Notes: a model not told the origin generated them from the letters alone. A DNA stretch of 64,000 nucleotides from a virus (IMGVR_UViG_2786546475_000043:1534-65533); one strand, 5' to 3'; shown: positions 28,597 to 37,788, counted from the stretch's first letter. Numbers and translations are program-made.

Positions 28597-30434
28597 ACAA
28601 AGATGAACTAGACCCAAAGTCTTCTCAGGAGAAGACCGCCGCATGGGGTGACCAGCGAGGCCTTACCAAGAAAAAGAGGATGAAGGGAGACGGAAATGAC
28701 TCCCACAGTGGTACTGGAATGGCAGCCGGGATGTTTACTGATGCTATGGGACTTCGACTCCAAGGAATAACCCCACAGCAAATTCTTGACGATCAAGAGT
28801 GGTACAGGGGCTTATTGCTCAAACATAAGGCGATTGGTTTCAAGAGACTGAACCCGACAAGAGAAGAGCATCGTGATGTTTTGAGGGCCCTGTATAGCGG
28901 AGAGCACGAGAAGATACCAGGGATCGACCTCGGCCCACTACCCGAGGGCCAAGAGCAGGGTTGGGGAGAAGTCTTCGATGTCACTCATGACTGGATTGAA
29001 ACCAGCAATCAAGGTGTTAAAGAAGACTGGGGACACACGTTTATAGACAAAAACTGGCACATAGACGGTCTCGCCTTTAGAGATGACGTACCGGCACTCA
29101 CAAGCATGCTCATGACGCGCCACACAAAGCTTGTGGAGAACGACGACACTTGTGTCGCGAGCTTGGAATACTTATATGAGATCATGCCTGACGAGTTCAA
29201 AGAGAAATTGCAAGATGCTCGCCTAACCCACATCAACACGGGCCAGTCTCGCACTCACCCAGCTTTACGAACTCATCCAGTGACGGGAGTCACTTCTCTT
29301 TGTTTTGCGATAGAAACATTTTCTAACGATCCGAAGTTGTTCCTGGATAACGCTGTAGAACGGGTGGAACAAAAGATAGACCCGGAAGGTCAAGATAGAG
29401 AAGACCGTCTTCAGGTAACTGGCGCTGTCGATGCCGATGGCAACGTGATAGATATGGGTGAAATCAAGCAATGGGTCATGGATCAGCTGAAAGATCCAAG
29501 GTTGCGGTTTACCTGGAGATGGGATGAAGGTGATCTCTTCGTTTGGGACAACAGGTGTCTTGTTCACACATTCGACAGTGGATTCATAGTCGGTGAACGG
29601 ATATTCAATCGTGTCGAAATGGGATTTGAAGTTCCTTATTACGACCCAACCAAGAATCCAGAGCCGAAGCAATACGAGAAGCCCCAATCCCCCGTCAACA
29701 CGAATAAAACCAGTTCGGAAGAATTTGACAAATCAGTCGAAGCACCAATAGCTGAGGATTGGGCCACCGCCCCCGCCACCCAGGATCACATCCCATTGGT
29801 ACTTACGGAGGGGATTTACGCTCTCCCGGAATACAAGTACTTAGCGAATGGGGTAACACTTTTTGTCATTGTCAAGGACCAGTATTCCAGTGTTCCCGAC
29901 GAGATCATGAGCCTGCGTGAACGTTGCGAGGATCCAGATTTCCATGTCATAAAGGTTCCATACGATGAGAATCACATACTCATCAAGAAATATGCCAGAC
30001 ATTGGCATCCTGGTGAACCGTTGATAGGCCAAATATTTGTCTTCACCAGGAATGGTGACTATTCCACGTCGTTCACCTCAATATCTGATGAGCTTATGGA
30101 CAGCAATACTTTATGGACCGATATTACGTCGCTGCTGGAGCAGCGTAGGGATTTCCGACATGCCGGACACGCTTGGCATTATCCAGACTTTATGAGTTAT
30201 CCGAATCACATGCTGCGGCCATACCATTGGCGGAACTTGTTATTCGAAAGCTACACGGACTTTGACGAGAAAGAAGGCCCCCCCAAAGACTTTTTGGTTC
30301 AGTACGCCATCGACCACATCTTCGGATGTTTCAATCACTACAAGACAAACGAAGAGCGAAAAGAACTCGTTGAGGACGTAAGGGACTATCTGGACATCAT
30401 GCTGGAAATGAACGAACATGAGCTTGGACGCTGA
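28593..30434 (+). CDS. TauD/TfdA-family dioxygenase with an extra C-terminal domain
   Basis: WHIDG, HPALRTHPVTG, WDEGDLFVWDNRCLVH; ~250 extra C-terminal residues; ATGA overlap at 28593. Confidence 0.85.
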   Translation: MNKDELDPKSSQEKTAAWGDQRGLTKKKRMKGDGNDSHSGTGMAAGMFTDAMGLRLQGITPQQILDDQEWYRGLLLKHKAIGFKRLNPTREEHRDVLRALYSGEHEKIPGIDLGPLPEGQEQGWGEVFDVTHDWIETSNQGVKEDWGHTFIDKNWHIDGLAFRDDVPALTSMLMTRHTKLVENDDTCVASLEYLYEIMPDEFKEKLQDARLTHINTGQSRTHPALRTHPVTGVTSLCFAIETFSNDPKLFLDNAVERVEQKIDPEGQDREDRLQVTGAVDADGNVIDMGEIKQWVMDQLKDPRLRFTWRWDEGDLFVWDNRCLVHTFDSGFIVGERIFNRVEMGFEVPYYDPTKNPEPKQYEKPQSPVNTNKTSSEEFDKSVEAPIAEDWATAPATQDHIPLVLTEGIYALPEYKYLANGVTLFVIVKDQYSSVPDEIMSLRERCEDPDFHVIKVPYDENHILIKKYARHWHPGEPLIGQIFVFTRNGDYSTSFTSISDELMDSNTLWTDITSLLEQRRDFRHAGHAWHYPDFMSYPNHMLRPYHWRNLLFESYTDFDEKEGPPKDFLVQYAIDHIFGCFNHYKTNEERKELVEDVRDYLDIMLEMNEHELGR

Positions 30435-31233
30435 AGTACTAGGCAGCGGTGTAGTCCTCTATCGAAACGCCGTAGAGCTGGATTGGGACTTCATTCGAGA
30501 CTTCTCTAAGGAATCAGCAGAGAAGGAACTGGCCTCCATGTATACCCCGGGGAAAGATCCGATCTCGGGGGAAGAGGGGTTCATCAACCGCAACGGGTAT
30601 TTCTTTCCTTCTCGGTCGGTGTGGCTCATGCCCCAGCACTGTGCCTACGTCCATTCGGACATGCGTCCAGAAGCTCGAAAGGCATTGAATGCACTGGAGA
30701 AGGCCAGAGATTTATGTCTGTGGCATTACCTCCATAAGTTCCCGCTGGCAGGCAAGTGCATCTGGTGGAGAATCAAGGGACACATCCTGGTCTATCCGCC
30801 CGGCGGGTTTCTCGGGATGCACTCCGACCAGAGCACGGACTACGAATACGGCTCCCCTCACCCCACCGACCAGATAGCCACTCGAACCGTGGTGTCCACG
30901 CTGGGCTTCCTCAACGACCACGTCGACACCGAGGAGGAGCTGGACGGCACCAACTTCACTGGCGGACTGGTGAAGTTCGAATACCTGGGTATTGAATACA
31001 CCCCGGCCAAGGGCGACATTCTCGTATTTCCATCGAACTACATGGCAGCCCACGGCGTGACGGAAGTCGGCGGGGGTCCCCGATATTCACATGTTGGTTG
31101 GTATTGCCACGGAACACCTAATTCCCAATACAGGGAAAATGTTGTAGACCCCATCGAGGACCCTGAGATGGCGGAAACCGCAACAAACATCTACATGCCA
31201 GAAGGCTACAAACTCCCCGATGCACAACGCTAA
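30418..31233 (+). CDS. 2OG-Fe(II) oxygenase (WW-GH subfamily)
   Basis: IWWRIKGHILVY, MHSD, FPSNYMAAH..RYS. Confidence 0.9.
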   Translation: MSLDAEVLGSGVVLYRNAVELDWDFIRDFSKESAEKELASMYTPGKDPISGEEGFINRNGYFFPSRSVWLMPQHCAYVHSDMRPEARKALNALEKARDLCLWHYLHKFPLAGKCIWWRIKGHILVYPPGGFLGMHSDQSTDYEYGSPHPTDQIATRTVVSTLGFLNDHVDTEEELDGTNFTGGLVKFEYLGIEYTPAKGDILVFPSNYMAAHGVTEVGGGPRYSHVGWYCHGTPNSQYRENVVDPIEDPEMAETATNIYMPEGYKLPDAQR

Positions 31234-31792
31234 GCGACACTCAATCGTTGATATTGGCTATTGGACCTGTGACATAGATGCCAATGCCCGAGCTATTCAC
31301 GATCTTGTTGTTGAGAAACACGAACCGAATAAGGATTTCGACTTACCAATCGGGAATCTCACTATGGATCTGCGGCAGAACATCACGACGGCTGCTTGTC
31401 AACTTCTGGGACGACCGTATTACATTGACGCCATTTGGGGCGTGTACACGGCGCCTGGTCAATCTGTTATGGCTCATTCCCACTGGTCGAATACTTGGCT
31501 GAATCCAGAGGAACACTTCTCTTTCTGCTACTACCCCCTCTGCCAAGAAGATGATGCTGACATGGTGATTCACATCATGTACTGCAATCGTCTTGAAAAG
31601 CTTGAAAGCATTCCGCTTCGTCCGGGTCTGTTGGTCATCTTTGGGGCGTACTATCAACACATGACAACAAGACAGTTTCCTGACAGGGACCGGGTGTCTA
31701 TAGCTGGTAACCTCTACCCTTATGAGTCCACCGGTATTCCAATACGACGAGAAATGCGACAAGGTGTAACGAGCGACGACTTATGGCAGTAA
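31220..31792 (+). CDS. Putative 2OG-Fe(II) oxygenase (TIGR02466-like)
   Basis: IWGVYTAPGQSVMAHSH, FSFCYY, PGLLVIFGAYYQH, RVSIAGN. Confidence 0.75.
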   Translation: MHNAKRHSIVDIGYWTCDIDANARAIHDLVVEKHEPNKDFDLPIGNLTMDLRQNITTAACQLLGRPYYIDAIWGVYTAPGQSVMAHSHWSNTWLNPEEHFSFCYYPLCQEDDADMVIHIMYCNRLEKLESIPLRPGLLVIFGAYYQHMTTRQFPDRDRVSIAGNLYPYESTGIPIRREMRQGVTSDDLWQ

Positions 31793-32454
31793 TTGGAATT
31801 GCCCACATCGGGAAGATGGGATTCAGCATTGCGGATGCCCTCATTCGCTCTGGCCACGAAGTTCTTTCGGCTTGCGGTGACCGTTCAGAAGAAACACGCG
31901 CACGGGCGGAGAAGATCGGCACCCGCGAGGTTGAGAAGCTCACTTCGCTCTTCGATGAGTCCGAATTCATGTTCTCCATCGGCAGTGGGATGGTTCACTG
32001 TGAACAGGCGGTTTGGAACGAAGAGGCACAGGACATGCTTACGCCAGATGGCAACCTTCCCAAAGCTGTTGACTTTCCAATGATCCGTGCTGCCATAAAC
32101 GCCGACTTCCAAGGCATCTATGTTGATTGCAACTGGTTTCATGAGCAACATTGGGAGCTCTTGCGGACAGTCAGCAAAGAACTGCCAAGTTACGTCGAAT
32201 GTGCCATTTACGGTTGGCCCGTCGGAGACGAACGCGACCTCTCTGGAACCTCTGGACGGATAATGTGGTTATCCGGAGACGACGAGGCACCAGTGGGTCG
32301 TCTCTTCAAAGAGGATTGCGGAATGAATTTACAACCCTTGCCCTTGGGGGCGTCGGCACTAGAACACAAAGAATACGTTACCCACGGGTCCGGATTGGCA
32401 GAGAGGATTGCAGCAGATGACCAAGTGCGTCGTTCATCAGTCGGGGGTTGTTGA
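31783..32454 (+). CDS. NAD(P)-binding oxidoreductase (6PGD/HIBADH-like N-domain)
   Basis: VIGIAHIGKMGFSIADALIRSGHEV, YVDCN. Confidence 0.75.
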   Translation: MAVIGIAHIGKMGFSIADALIRSGHEVLSACGDRSEETRARAEKIGTREVEKLTSLFDESEFMFSIGSGMVHCEQAVWNEEAQDMLTPDGNLPKAVDFPMIRAAINADFQGIYVDCNWFHEQHWELLRTVSKELPSYVECAIYGWPVGDERDLSGTSGRIMWLSGDDEAPVGRLFKEDCGMNLQPLPLGASALEHKEYVTHGSGLAERIAADDQVRRSSVGGC

Positions 32455-33199
32455 ATTTCCAAACGCTTTCACGGTAGATCCGGATGCGTTAGCTCAATGG
32501 ATGGAGCTTCGTCGAACCTGCGAGCCGGATGACTACACGGTTAACGACGACGGGAACTTCGTGAACAGGGGTGGATACGTCTTCACCCCTGAGCAATACC
32601 AGTCATCGCCGAGTCGGTTTCTGAATCTCGAACCGGAAGGCGAAGATACAACGTTCCTTGAATCGATCCTGGACGTTATGTACAAGTGCGTACTCGAGTA
32701 CATCGACATCTTTCCCACTGTTGCTCATTCGATTTGGTGGCGAACCGACGGACAGGTGGCCTCCTACAAGGATGGACAGGGCATGGGTCCCCATCATGAC
32801 CGGGCAATCGAATACATCCCGGGTGATATTCCCGCCAGTGAGGCTCCGATCCACAATGAGATAACGGGCTCGATCGTTCTTCAGAAAGCCGAAGAGGGCG
32901 GACAACTTTTGTTTCCCATCAACAAAACCACCGTCGATGGCGAGGCGGGCACGGCAATCCTCTACCCGTCCAATTACATTGGATCACACGCGGTAGCGCC
33001 GGTTACTAGGGGCGAACGACTGTCATACCTCGAGTTTTATGGACAGGGAACCCCGGGTGGCTATGAAGGAAACGCCCCAGCCCAGCAATCATGGTTTTCT
33101 GCTCTACTTGACCCAGAAACCGGACAGCGTCCTATGTGGGGTCAGAGTGGTCACGAACGCGGCGAGATAGTCGGTGATCCGCCTCCAGCTCAGTCATAA
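32417..33199 (+). CDS. 2OG-Fe(II) oxygenase (WW-GH subfamily)
   Basis: IWWRTDGQVASY, PHHD, YPSNYIGSHAVAPVTRGERLS. Confidence 0.9.
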   Translation: MTKCVVHQSGVVEFPNAFTVDPDALAQWMELRRTCEPDDYTVNDDGNFVNRGGYVFTPEQYQSSPSRFLNLEPEGEDTTFLESILDVMYKCVLEYIDIFPTVAHSIWWRTDGQVASYKDGQGMGPHHDRAIEYIPGDIPASEAPIHNEITGSIVLQKAEEGGQLLFPINKTTVDGEAGTAILYPSNYIGSHAVAPVTRGERLSYLEFYGQGTPGGYEGNAPAQQSWFSALLDPETGQRPMWGQSGHERGEIVGDPPPAQS

Positions 33200-33926
33200 C
33201 ATCTTGCTCCAGGGCGGGTAGCCACGTTCGCCCCTGCAGCCCTGATTTGCGCTCGGACTGAATCACAATCCCTCTATCAGGGGCCGAAGTTCCCTGCCCA
33301 AACGTCGAGATGTACGAGTACCGGGTACCCTCGATGACCGGCGTAATTTCATGAGCCCCCATGTAGTTACTTGGGAACAGGATGTGGTCACCCGGACCAA
33401 CTCGGACTTCAAGCTTCAGGTGTTCGAACTTGATATTTCCTCCACTGAAGCCAGCTCCCAACACCAATGTGGACGACACCGTGTTGAACAGGGCTGTCTG
33501 GTCCTTGGGGTGATCTCCAAAGCGGTAGTTGACATCGTTGTCACTGTGCATCCCTAGCAGGGCCCCTTTGCGATACACCGCGACGTGACCTCCAGCGTCC
33601 CACCAACAAGAGGGCATGGCGTCTGGATAGAGGGTGCAGTAGGCAACAAGGTTCTTGTAGATGGCCCTGTCACATTCAGCAAAAAAAACCGGATCTAAAG
33701 GCTGGTTGATCCGTATTGGCATAGTGGAGATGTGTTCTGCTGGAATGAGGTGGCCACTTTGATTGGTCCCATTCCCGTCTTCATCCAGGTCATACATCTC
33801 GACAAGGGCCTTGTCGGCCATCTCCCTAAGATCCCGTTCCAACAGGGTTGGCATACCATCGTCAAGATCGGTGATGGTGTCGTGAAACTTGACTACACCT
33901 CCACCCAGTTGATGGGCCCACACCAT
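33132..33926 (-). CDS. 2OG-Fe(II) oxygenase (WW-GH subfamily)
   Basis: CWWDAGGHVAVY, MHSD, FPSNYMGAHEITPVIEGTRYS; start placed at MVWAHQ behind AAGGAG. Confidence 0.88.
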   Translation of the reverse strand: MVWAHQLGGGVVKFHDTITDLDDGMPTLLERDLREMADKALVEMYDLDEDGNGTNQSGHLIPAEHISTMPIRINQPLDPVFFAECDRAIYKNLVAYCTLYPDAMPSCWWDAGGHVAVYRKGALLGMHSDNDVNYRFGDHPKDQTALFNTVSSTLVLGAGFSGGNIKFEHLKLEVRVGPGDHILFPSNYMGAHEITPVIEGTRYSYISTFGQGTSAPDRGIVIQSERKSGLQGRTWLPALEQDVMTELEADHRLSRRVRDHSDPT

Positions 33927-33927
33927 C

Positions 33928-34908
33928 TCATGTATCTCCTTCGGTTGGCGATCCCCCGCCCACCTGGAGGCCCTGAGAGTCCTTGAACACTGAGGTCGAG
34001 TATTTGGGTGTCCCCTCATGCCCAAATGCTGGGTATTGGCTAGTCACCTCTTCTGCGGTCCAGCCGGAATACTTTAGAAAGTCCCCCCGAACGGTTGGAC
34101 ACCACATGAAGGGGTCTATGAAGCCCTCTCGGGGTTCAGTAATTGCCAGGCCTTCCTCAGCGCTTGTCAGGGCCTCCATCGAGCCTTGCCCGAAGAACTG
34201 TAGATAAGACAGTCGCCTATTCCCTTCCGCTACTGGCGTTATCTCATGGGAACCCAAGTAGTTGGCTGGGAACAAGATGATGTCCCCCTCGCGAGCTTCA
34301 ACAGTTAGGTCGGCGTAGGGGAAGTACATCTCTCCACCCTCGCAATCGGCAATGTGCATTGTGGTACTCATTACGTTACGGGTTGAGATCTCGTGCTTCC
34401 CGATAACATTTTCACGAGTGTCGTAGGTGTAACCGATGTCTTGATCCTGGTGGCGTGACAGGAACGCTCTAGGTTCGTAAACCAAAACATGACCTCGGTT
34501 CTTCCACCATAGAGAAGTGATGATGGTGGGGTATTTCTGGATGTACTCCAATACCGCCAGATAGCAAAGACGGTCGACTTCAAACCAGTAATCATCAACA
34601 GTGAAGTCGGAGAGTTCTACGCTCCCATCCCGTCCATGAGGATGCACCCTGGTCGGTTGTTCAAGGATGTCTCTTTTATTGTGGTAGACAATTCCACTGT
34701 GTTTGTGGGTTGCTGCATCACCGTCGAAGTCATATTCCTTAGATAGTTGAAGATCCCGTAACGTCACTAGCTCGTCAATGATGGACTGGGGCGTTTTGAT
34801 TACGGCTCGCTTGATGGCGATACCGCACGCATAATGCTCCATGGAGCCCGTGAGCGGTGGAGGGGGCTGTCGAGTTCTAACGGTTGGTATGTCGTCTGTC
34901 AGGGACAT
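33928..34908 (-). CDS. 2OG-Fe(II) oxygenase (WW-GH subfamily)
   Basis: LWWKNRGHVLVY, RHQD, FPANYLGSHEITPV..RRLS. Confidence 0.88.
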   Translation of the reverse strand: MSLTDDIPTVRTRQPPPPLTGSMEHYACGIAIKRAVIKTPQSIIDELVTLRDLQLSKEYDFDGDAATHKHSGIVYHNKRDILEQPTRVHPHGRDGSVELSDFTVDDYWFEVDRLCYLAVLEYIQKYPTIITSLWWKNRGHVLVYEPRAFLSRHQDQDIGYTYDTRENVIGKHEISTRNVMSTTMHIADCEGGEMYFPYADLTVEAREGDIILFPANYLGSHEITPVAEGNRRLSYLQFFGQGSMEALTSAEEGLAITEPREGFIDPFMWCPTVRGDFLKYSGWTAEEVTSQYPAFGHEGTPKYSTSVFKDSQGLQVGGGSPTEGDT

Positions 34909-34910
34909 GA

Positions 34911-35963
34911 TTACACATCATAGGGCTGATAGATGCCTTCGGCGTCACCTTCCAGGGATCGTTGTTGTGACACGGGGTTTGCTACAACCATTGATTCGTA
35001 GGTCCCTGCCTTAAAGTCGGGTCGGCGATGGTACCCGCTCCAGCTTTCTTCCGACTTGGAGTGTCCGGATTTGAAGAACCGTTCGTAATCCTGAAAGATC
35101 CACGGAAGATACACAGGTGGTAGCCATTCATGGCTGTCTGTGGCTTCGGAAATGACGTACTTGTCATCCTTGCCCTGTCCAAATTGGGTCAGGTACGAAT
35201 AGCGACACCCTGATGTCACTTCCGACACTCCATGAGATCCCATGAAATTGGCCGGGAATAGAACGATGTCTCCAGTCTTGGTTTCAAGAGACAGCTTTGA
35301 GTAGGGGAAAATAAAGTTCCCGCCCTCGTAGTCCTCGTTGAGAGCTACGGTCCCATTGAGTACCTGATAGATAGCTACCGGTCGCTGTGTTTCGTATCGT
35401 TGGCCGTCTATGACCCTGAAGTTTGTGTCGTTGTCGTTATGTAGGCCCAACAGGGCACCTGGCTTGTAGTAAAGAACGTGTCCCCGCATCTTCCACCAGA
35501 TGGTATTGAGAATCATCGGATAGAGATCGATGTAGCGGATAAGGCACTTGTAGAGCGCTGTCTCACAGTTGTTGAAGAAATCAACAAGAGATCCGGGGGT
35601 CCGATCCATCACTGGCTCATTTTCCCCAAGACCGCCCAAGCGGAATGGTTGTTCCATCAACAGTCGGATGTCGTGACGGTTCCCCTGGTAATCTTCAGCC
35701 CACTTTTCCCCGTCCTCTTCCACCCACTTCAAGCCGCAGTTCGAGGGTTGGGCTTCCTCATTGACGTAGGGAAGAAGCTCATCGATGGGTACATCCAGAA
35801 CACGCTTGAAGTGCACGACACCGTTCTCGTGCTGCTCGAACTCGAGACTAGCAATTTCTGCACAGTCAGCGTCCGTTAGCTTGGGCGACGGATGGACTGG
35901 TTTTGGATCCTGACCGTTGGTGGGGTTATCGGTTGTGTACCTATCCGTCATCAAGACAGTCAT
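34911..35963 (-). CDS. 2OG-Fe(II) oxygenase (WW-GH subfamily)
   Basis: IWWKMRGHVLYY, LHND, FPANFMGSHGVSEVTSGCRYS. Confidence 0.88.
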   Translation of the reverse strand: MTVLMTDRYTTDNPTNGQDPKPVHPSPKLTDADCAEIASLEFEQHENGVVHFKRVLDVPIDELLPYVNEEAQPSNCGLKWVEEDGEKWAEDYQGNRHDIRLLMEQPFRLGGLGENEPVMDRTPGSLVDFFNNCETALYKCLIRYIDLYPMILNTIWWKMRGHVLYYKPGALLGLHNDNDTNFRVIDGQRYETQRPVAIYQVLNGTVALNEDYEGGNFIFPYSKLSLETKTGDIVLFPANFMGSHGVSEVTSGCRYSYLTQFGQGKDDKYVISEATDSHEWLPPVYLPWIFQDYERFFKSGHSKSEESWSGYHRRPDFKAGTYESMVVANPVSQQRSLEGDAEGIYQPYDV

Positions 35964-35971
35964 AATTGTTC

Positions 35972-36733
35972 CTACGAAAGGCGTTTGGCAATAATCATGC
36001 CTTGTTCCATGGGGACATGGTACACATCGAAGTTCGACTGGGCCGCAATGTAACGGTTAAAGCTTGTGTATGAATGCTTGTGAGGTCTCCCCACATTGTA
36101 AGAACTTTGAAACCCACTGGTTTCGGGGTAGTGGAGTATCCCCCCGACGTTGAGTAGACCCAGGATGGCGTCAACTACACGGTTGTTGATGGAATGCAGG
36201 GTTCGTGGTCCAACACGAACCATGTCGAACGTGCCCGCTCCTTCTCCATCGAGAAGATCCTGCATATCCATTGCTGCGTACCGAATATCTGAATAATTAT
36301 TCGTTACGTCAGATAGGGGCAGTCCGAATTCCTCCCAATCGTACAAGTTGCCGCTGTTTAGGATTGTATATTCCCTTATCGGCGTAGGGCCTTCCATCAC
36401 GTCAAGCATTGCGGCAATCGGAAGTGGGGAATCGGACAGGATCTTTGGATTGCTCCTGTCCATGAGCTTGGCAAGCATGACCGTAACCATGTAGCCCATC
36501 CACATGACGTTCTCCCAATTCTCGGGAGCGGTTTTGTACAGATCGTGTTTAACCATCTCGAACTCGCCACCGACGGCGATATCTCGCTGGTCTAAATTGA
36601 GAGCGGCGTAATCAGCCGTAACAGCAACTGACCAATCGTTCATCACTGCAGTGTTGGCAAATGTTCCATCCCACTGAGCGTTGGAACTATCGCGGGCTAC
36701 ACGAAGAGCTTTCGACCAATGACTCTCAGCCAT
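35972..36733 (-). CDS. Class I methyltransferase-fold-like protein lacking the Gly-rich motif I
   Basis: MQDLLDGEGAGTFDMVRV, LLNVGGIL, YHVPMEQGMIIAK; start overlaps the upstream TAA; paralog of 42560-43261. Confidence 0.55.
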   Translation of the reverse strand: MAESHWSKALRVARDSSNAQWDGTFANTAVMNDWSVAVTADYAALNLDQRDIAVGGEFEMVKHDLYKTAPENWENVMWMGYMVTVMLAKLMDRSNPKILSDSPLPIAAMLDVMEGPTPIREYTILNSGNLYDWEEFGLPLSDVTNNYSDIRYAAMDMQDLLDGEGAGTFDMVRVGPRTLHSINNRVVDAILGLLNVGGILHYPETSGFQSSYNVGRPHKHSYTSFNRYIAAQSNFDVYHVPMEQGMIIAKRLS

Positions 36734-37038
36734 TACGCACGTCCAATCGCTAGAGCGCGCCTGCGCCAAGCCCGTCGGATAACGGCAATCAAGAGTTGTT
36801 GTTTAACAAAAGTCCATTCATCCGCTGCCAATATATGAGCGGTACCTTCTACGGCTGGACCATTTGCATAGGTTTCACGGATCTTATTGACGATGTCGTC
36901 AATAGTTGTGGTGTCGATGTCTGCCCAGTCGAGTCCTGCGGTAAACATGACCCGCGCCACTTCACCTTCAGACCACGTCAGTTCATCATCGTTCGAGTAG
37001 AGCGATCCAACCGTGTCCTGCGTGGTACGGACAGTCAT
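36733..37038 (-). CDS. Hypothetical ~100-aa protein (triad member)
   Basis: Coupled on both sides; similar to 42261-42560. Confidence 0.75.
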   Translation of the reverse strand: MTVRTTQDTVGSLYSNDDELTWSEGEVARVMFTAGLDWADIDTTTIDDIVNKIRETYANGPAVEGTAHILAADEWTFVKQQLLIAVIRRAWRRRALAIGRA

Positions 37039-37250
37039 GATTCGTCTCCGGCGGCCCTCCGGAACCCAGGGCAGAAGGTCACAGAGTTATCAGATACCCA
37101 TTCCCAGGCGCTCAATGTTGGATTCCAACGGCGAATGTCGTTATCGCGTGATTCGTTTGGCAAGGTGTCGTAGTATGCACCCGCCGTTTCTCCAATTTCA
37201 CCGCCATGAATGGTTCGACCTGCCGCTATGGCGTCTGTCTGGACGGTCAT
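37035..37250 (-). CDS. Small hypothetical peptide (triad member)
   Basis: ATGA-type overlaps; RWNPTLSAWE..SVTFC. Confidence 0.7.
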   Translation of the reverse strand: MTVQTDAIAAGRTIHGGEIGETAGAYYDTLPNESRDNDIRRWNPTLSAWEWVSDNSVTFCPGFRRAAGDES

Positions 37251-37456
37251 GCGAGTGCCTCCAAAGCCGTGGCCTGCCTAAGTATCGCCTGATGAGCGCT
37301 ATAGGAACTGTCGCTCTCAGCTACAGGAATAGCGTAGGAACTAGACACATCTGCCGTGTCTACGCCAAGAGTTAAACAGAGAACCTGGATTGAATACTCC
37401 AAGAATTCCTTGGCATCTGCTTTAGCTGCGGCGGCTTGGGCTTCTGTAAGGGCCAT
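37247..37456 (-). CDS. Small helical protein, possible fibre-chaperone family
   Basis: LTEAQ..LEYSI..LGVD; leaderless promoter. Confidence 0.7.
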   Translation of the reverse strand: MALTEAQAAAAKADAKEFLEYSIQVLCLTLGVDTADVSSSYAIPVAESDSSYSAHQAILRQATALEALA

Positions 37457-37462
37457 AGTGAA

Positions 37463-37471
37463 ACCTTACCA
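37463..37471 (-). promoter_or_regulatory. Extended -10 TGG-TAAGGT, leaderless start at 37456
   Basis: 6 nt to ATG. Confidence 0.6.
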
Positions 37472-37476
37472 GACCA

Positions 37477-37725
37477 CTACGATAGTGAAGCTTTATGGGC
37501 CTTAAGGGTCGCTAGAGCATCGAGCCTTTCCTTGAGCGTATGCTCGATGGCATAAACCTCAGCGTCCTCTTTGCCTGCTGGGATAGCGTAGTTGTCACCA
37601 TCGAACGTCGTAGGGTCAAAGCCGAGGAGCAGAATCTTTTCATAGACACTCGGCTCGATCTGATCTGCGGCAGCATCGCAGGCCGCAAGTTTTTCCGCAG
37701 TTGTGAGTCCAGCTGTAAACTCCAT
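37477..37725 (-). CDS. Small helical protein, same family as 37247 and 46859
   Basis: LTTAEK..IEPSVY..LGFDP..FD. Confidence 0.7.
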   Translation of the reverse strand: MEFTAGLTTAEKLAACDAAADQIEPSVYEKILLLGFDPTTFDGDNYAIPAGKEDAEVYAIEHTLKERLDALATLKAHKASLS

Positions 37726-37788
37726 GGAGGCCTCTCGATACGATCGCTCTGGCGTTGATCTCCATAATACCAGTAACTGACAGGTACA

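Noticed and set aside
33681-33688. A8 homopolymer in an oxygenase gene (also A8 at 1210-1217) as phase-variation sites
   Set aside because: Both frames are intact, the runs are short and explained by Phe/Lys codons, and I have no read data.
33132-37725. Minus-strand block as an invertible segment
   Set aside because: I saw no inverted repeats at its ends and no recombinase in the window; divergent promoters at 37726-37803 explain the orientation.
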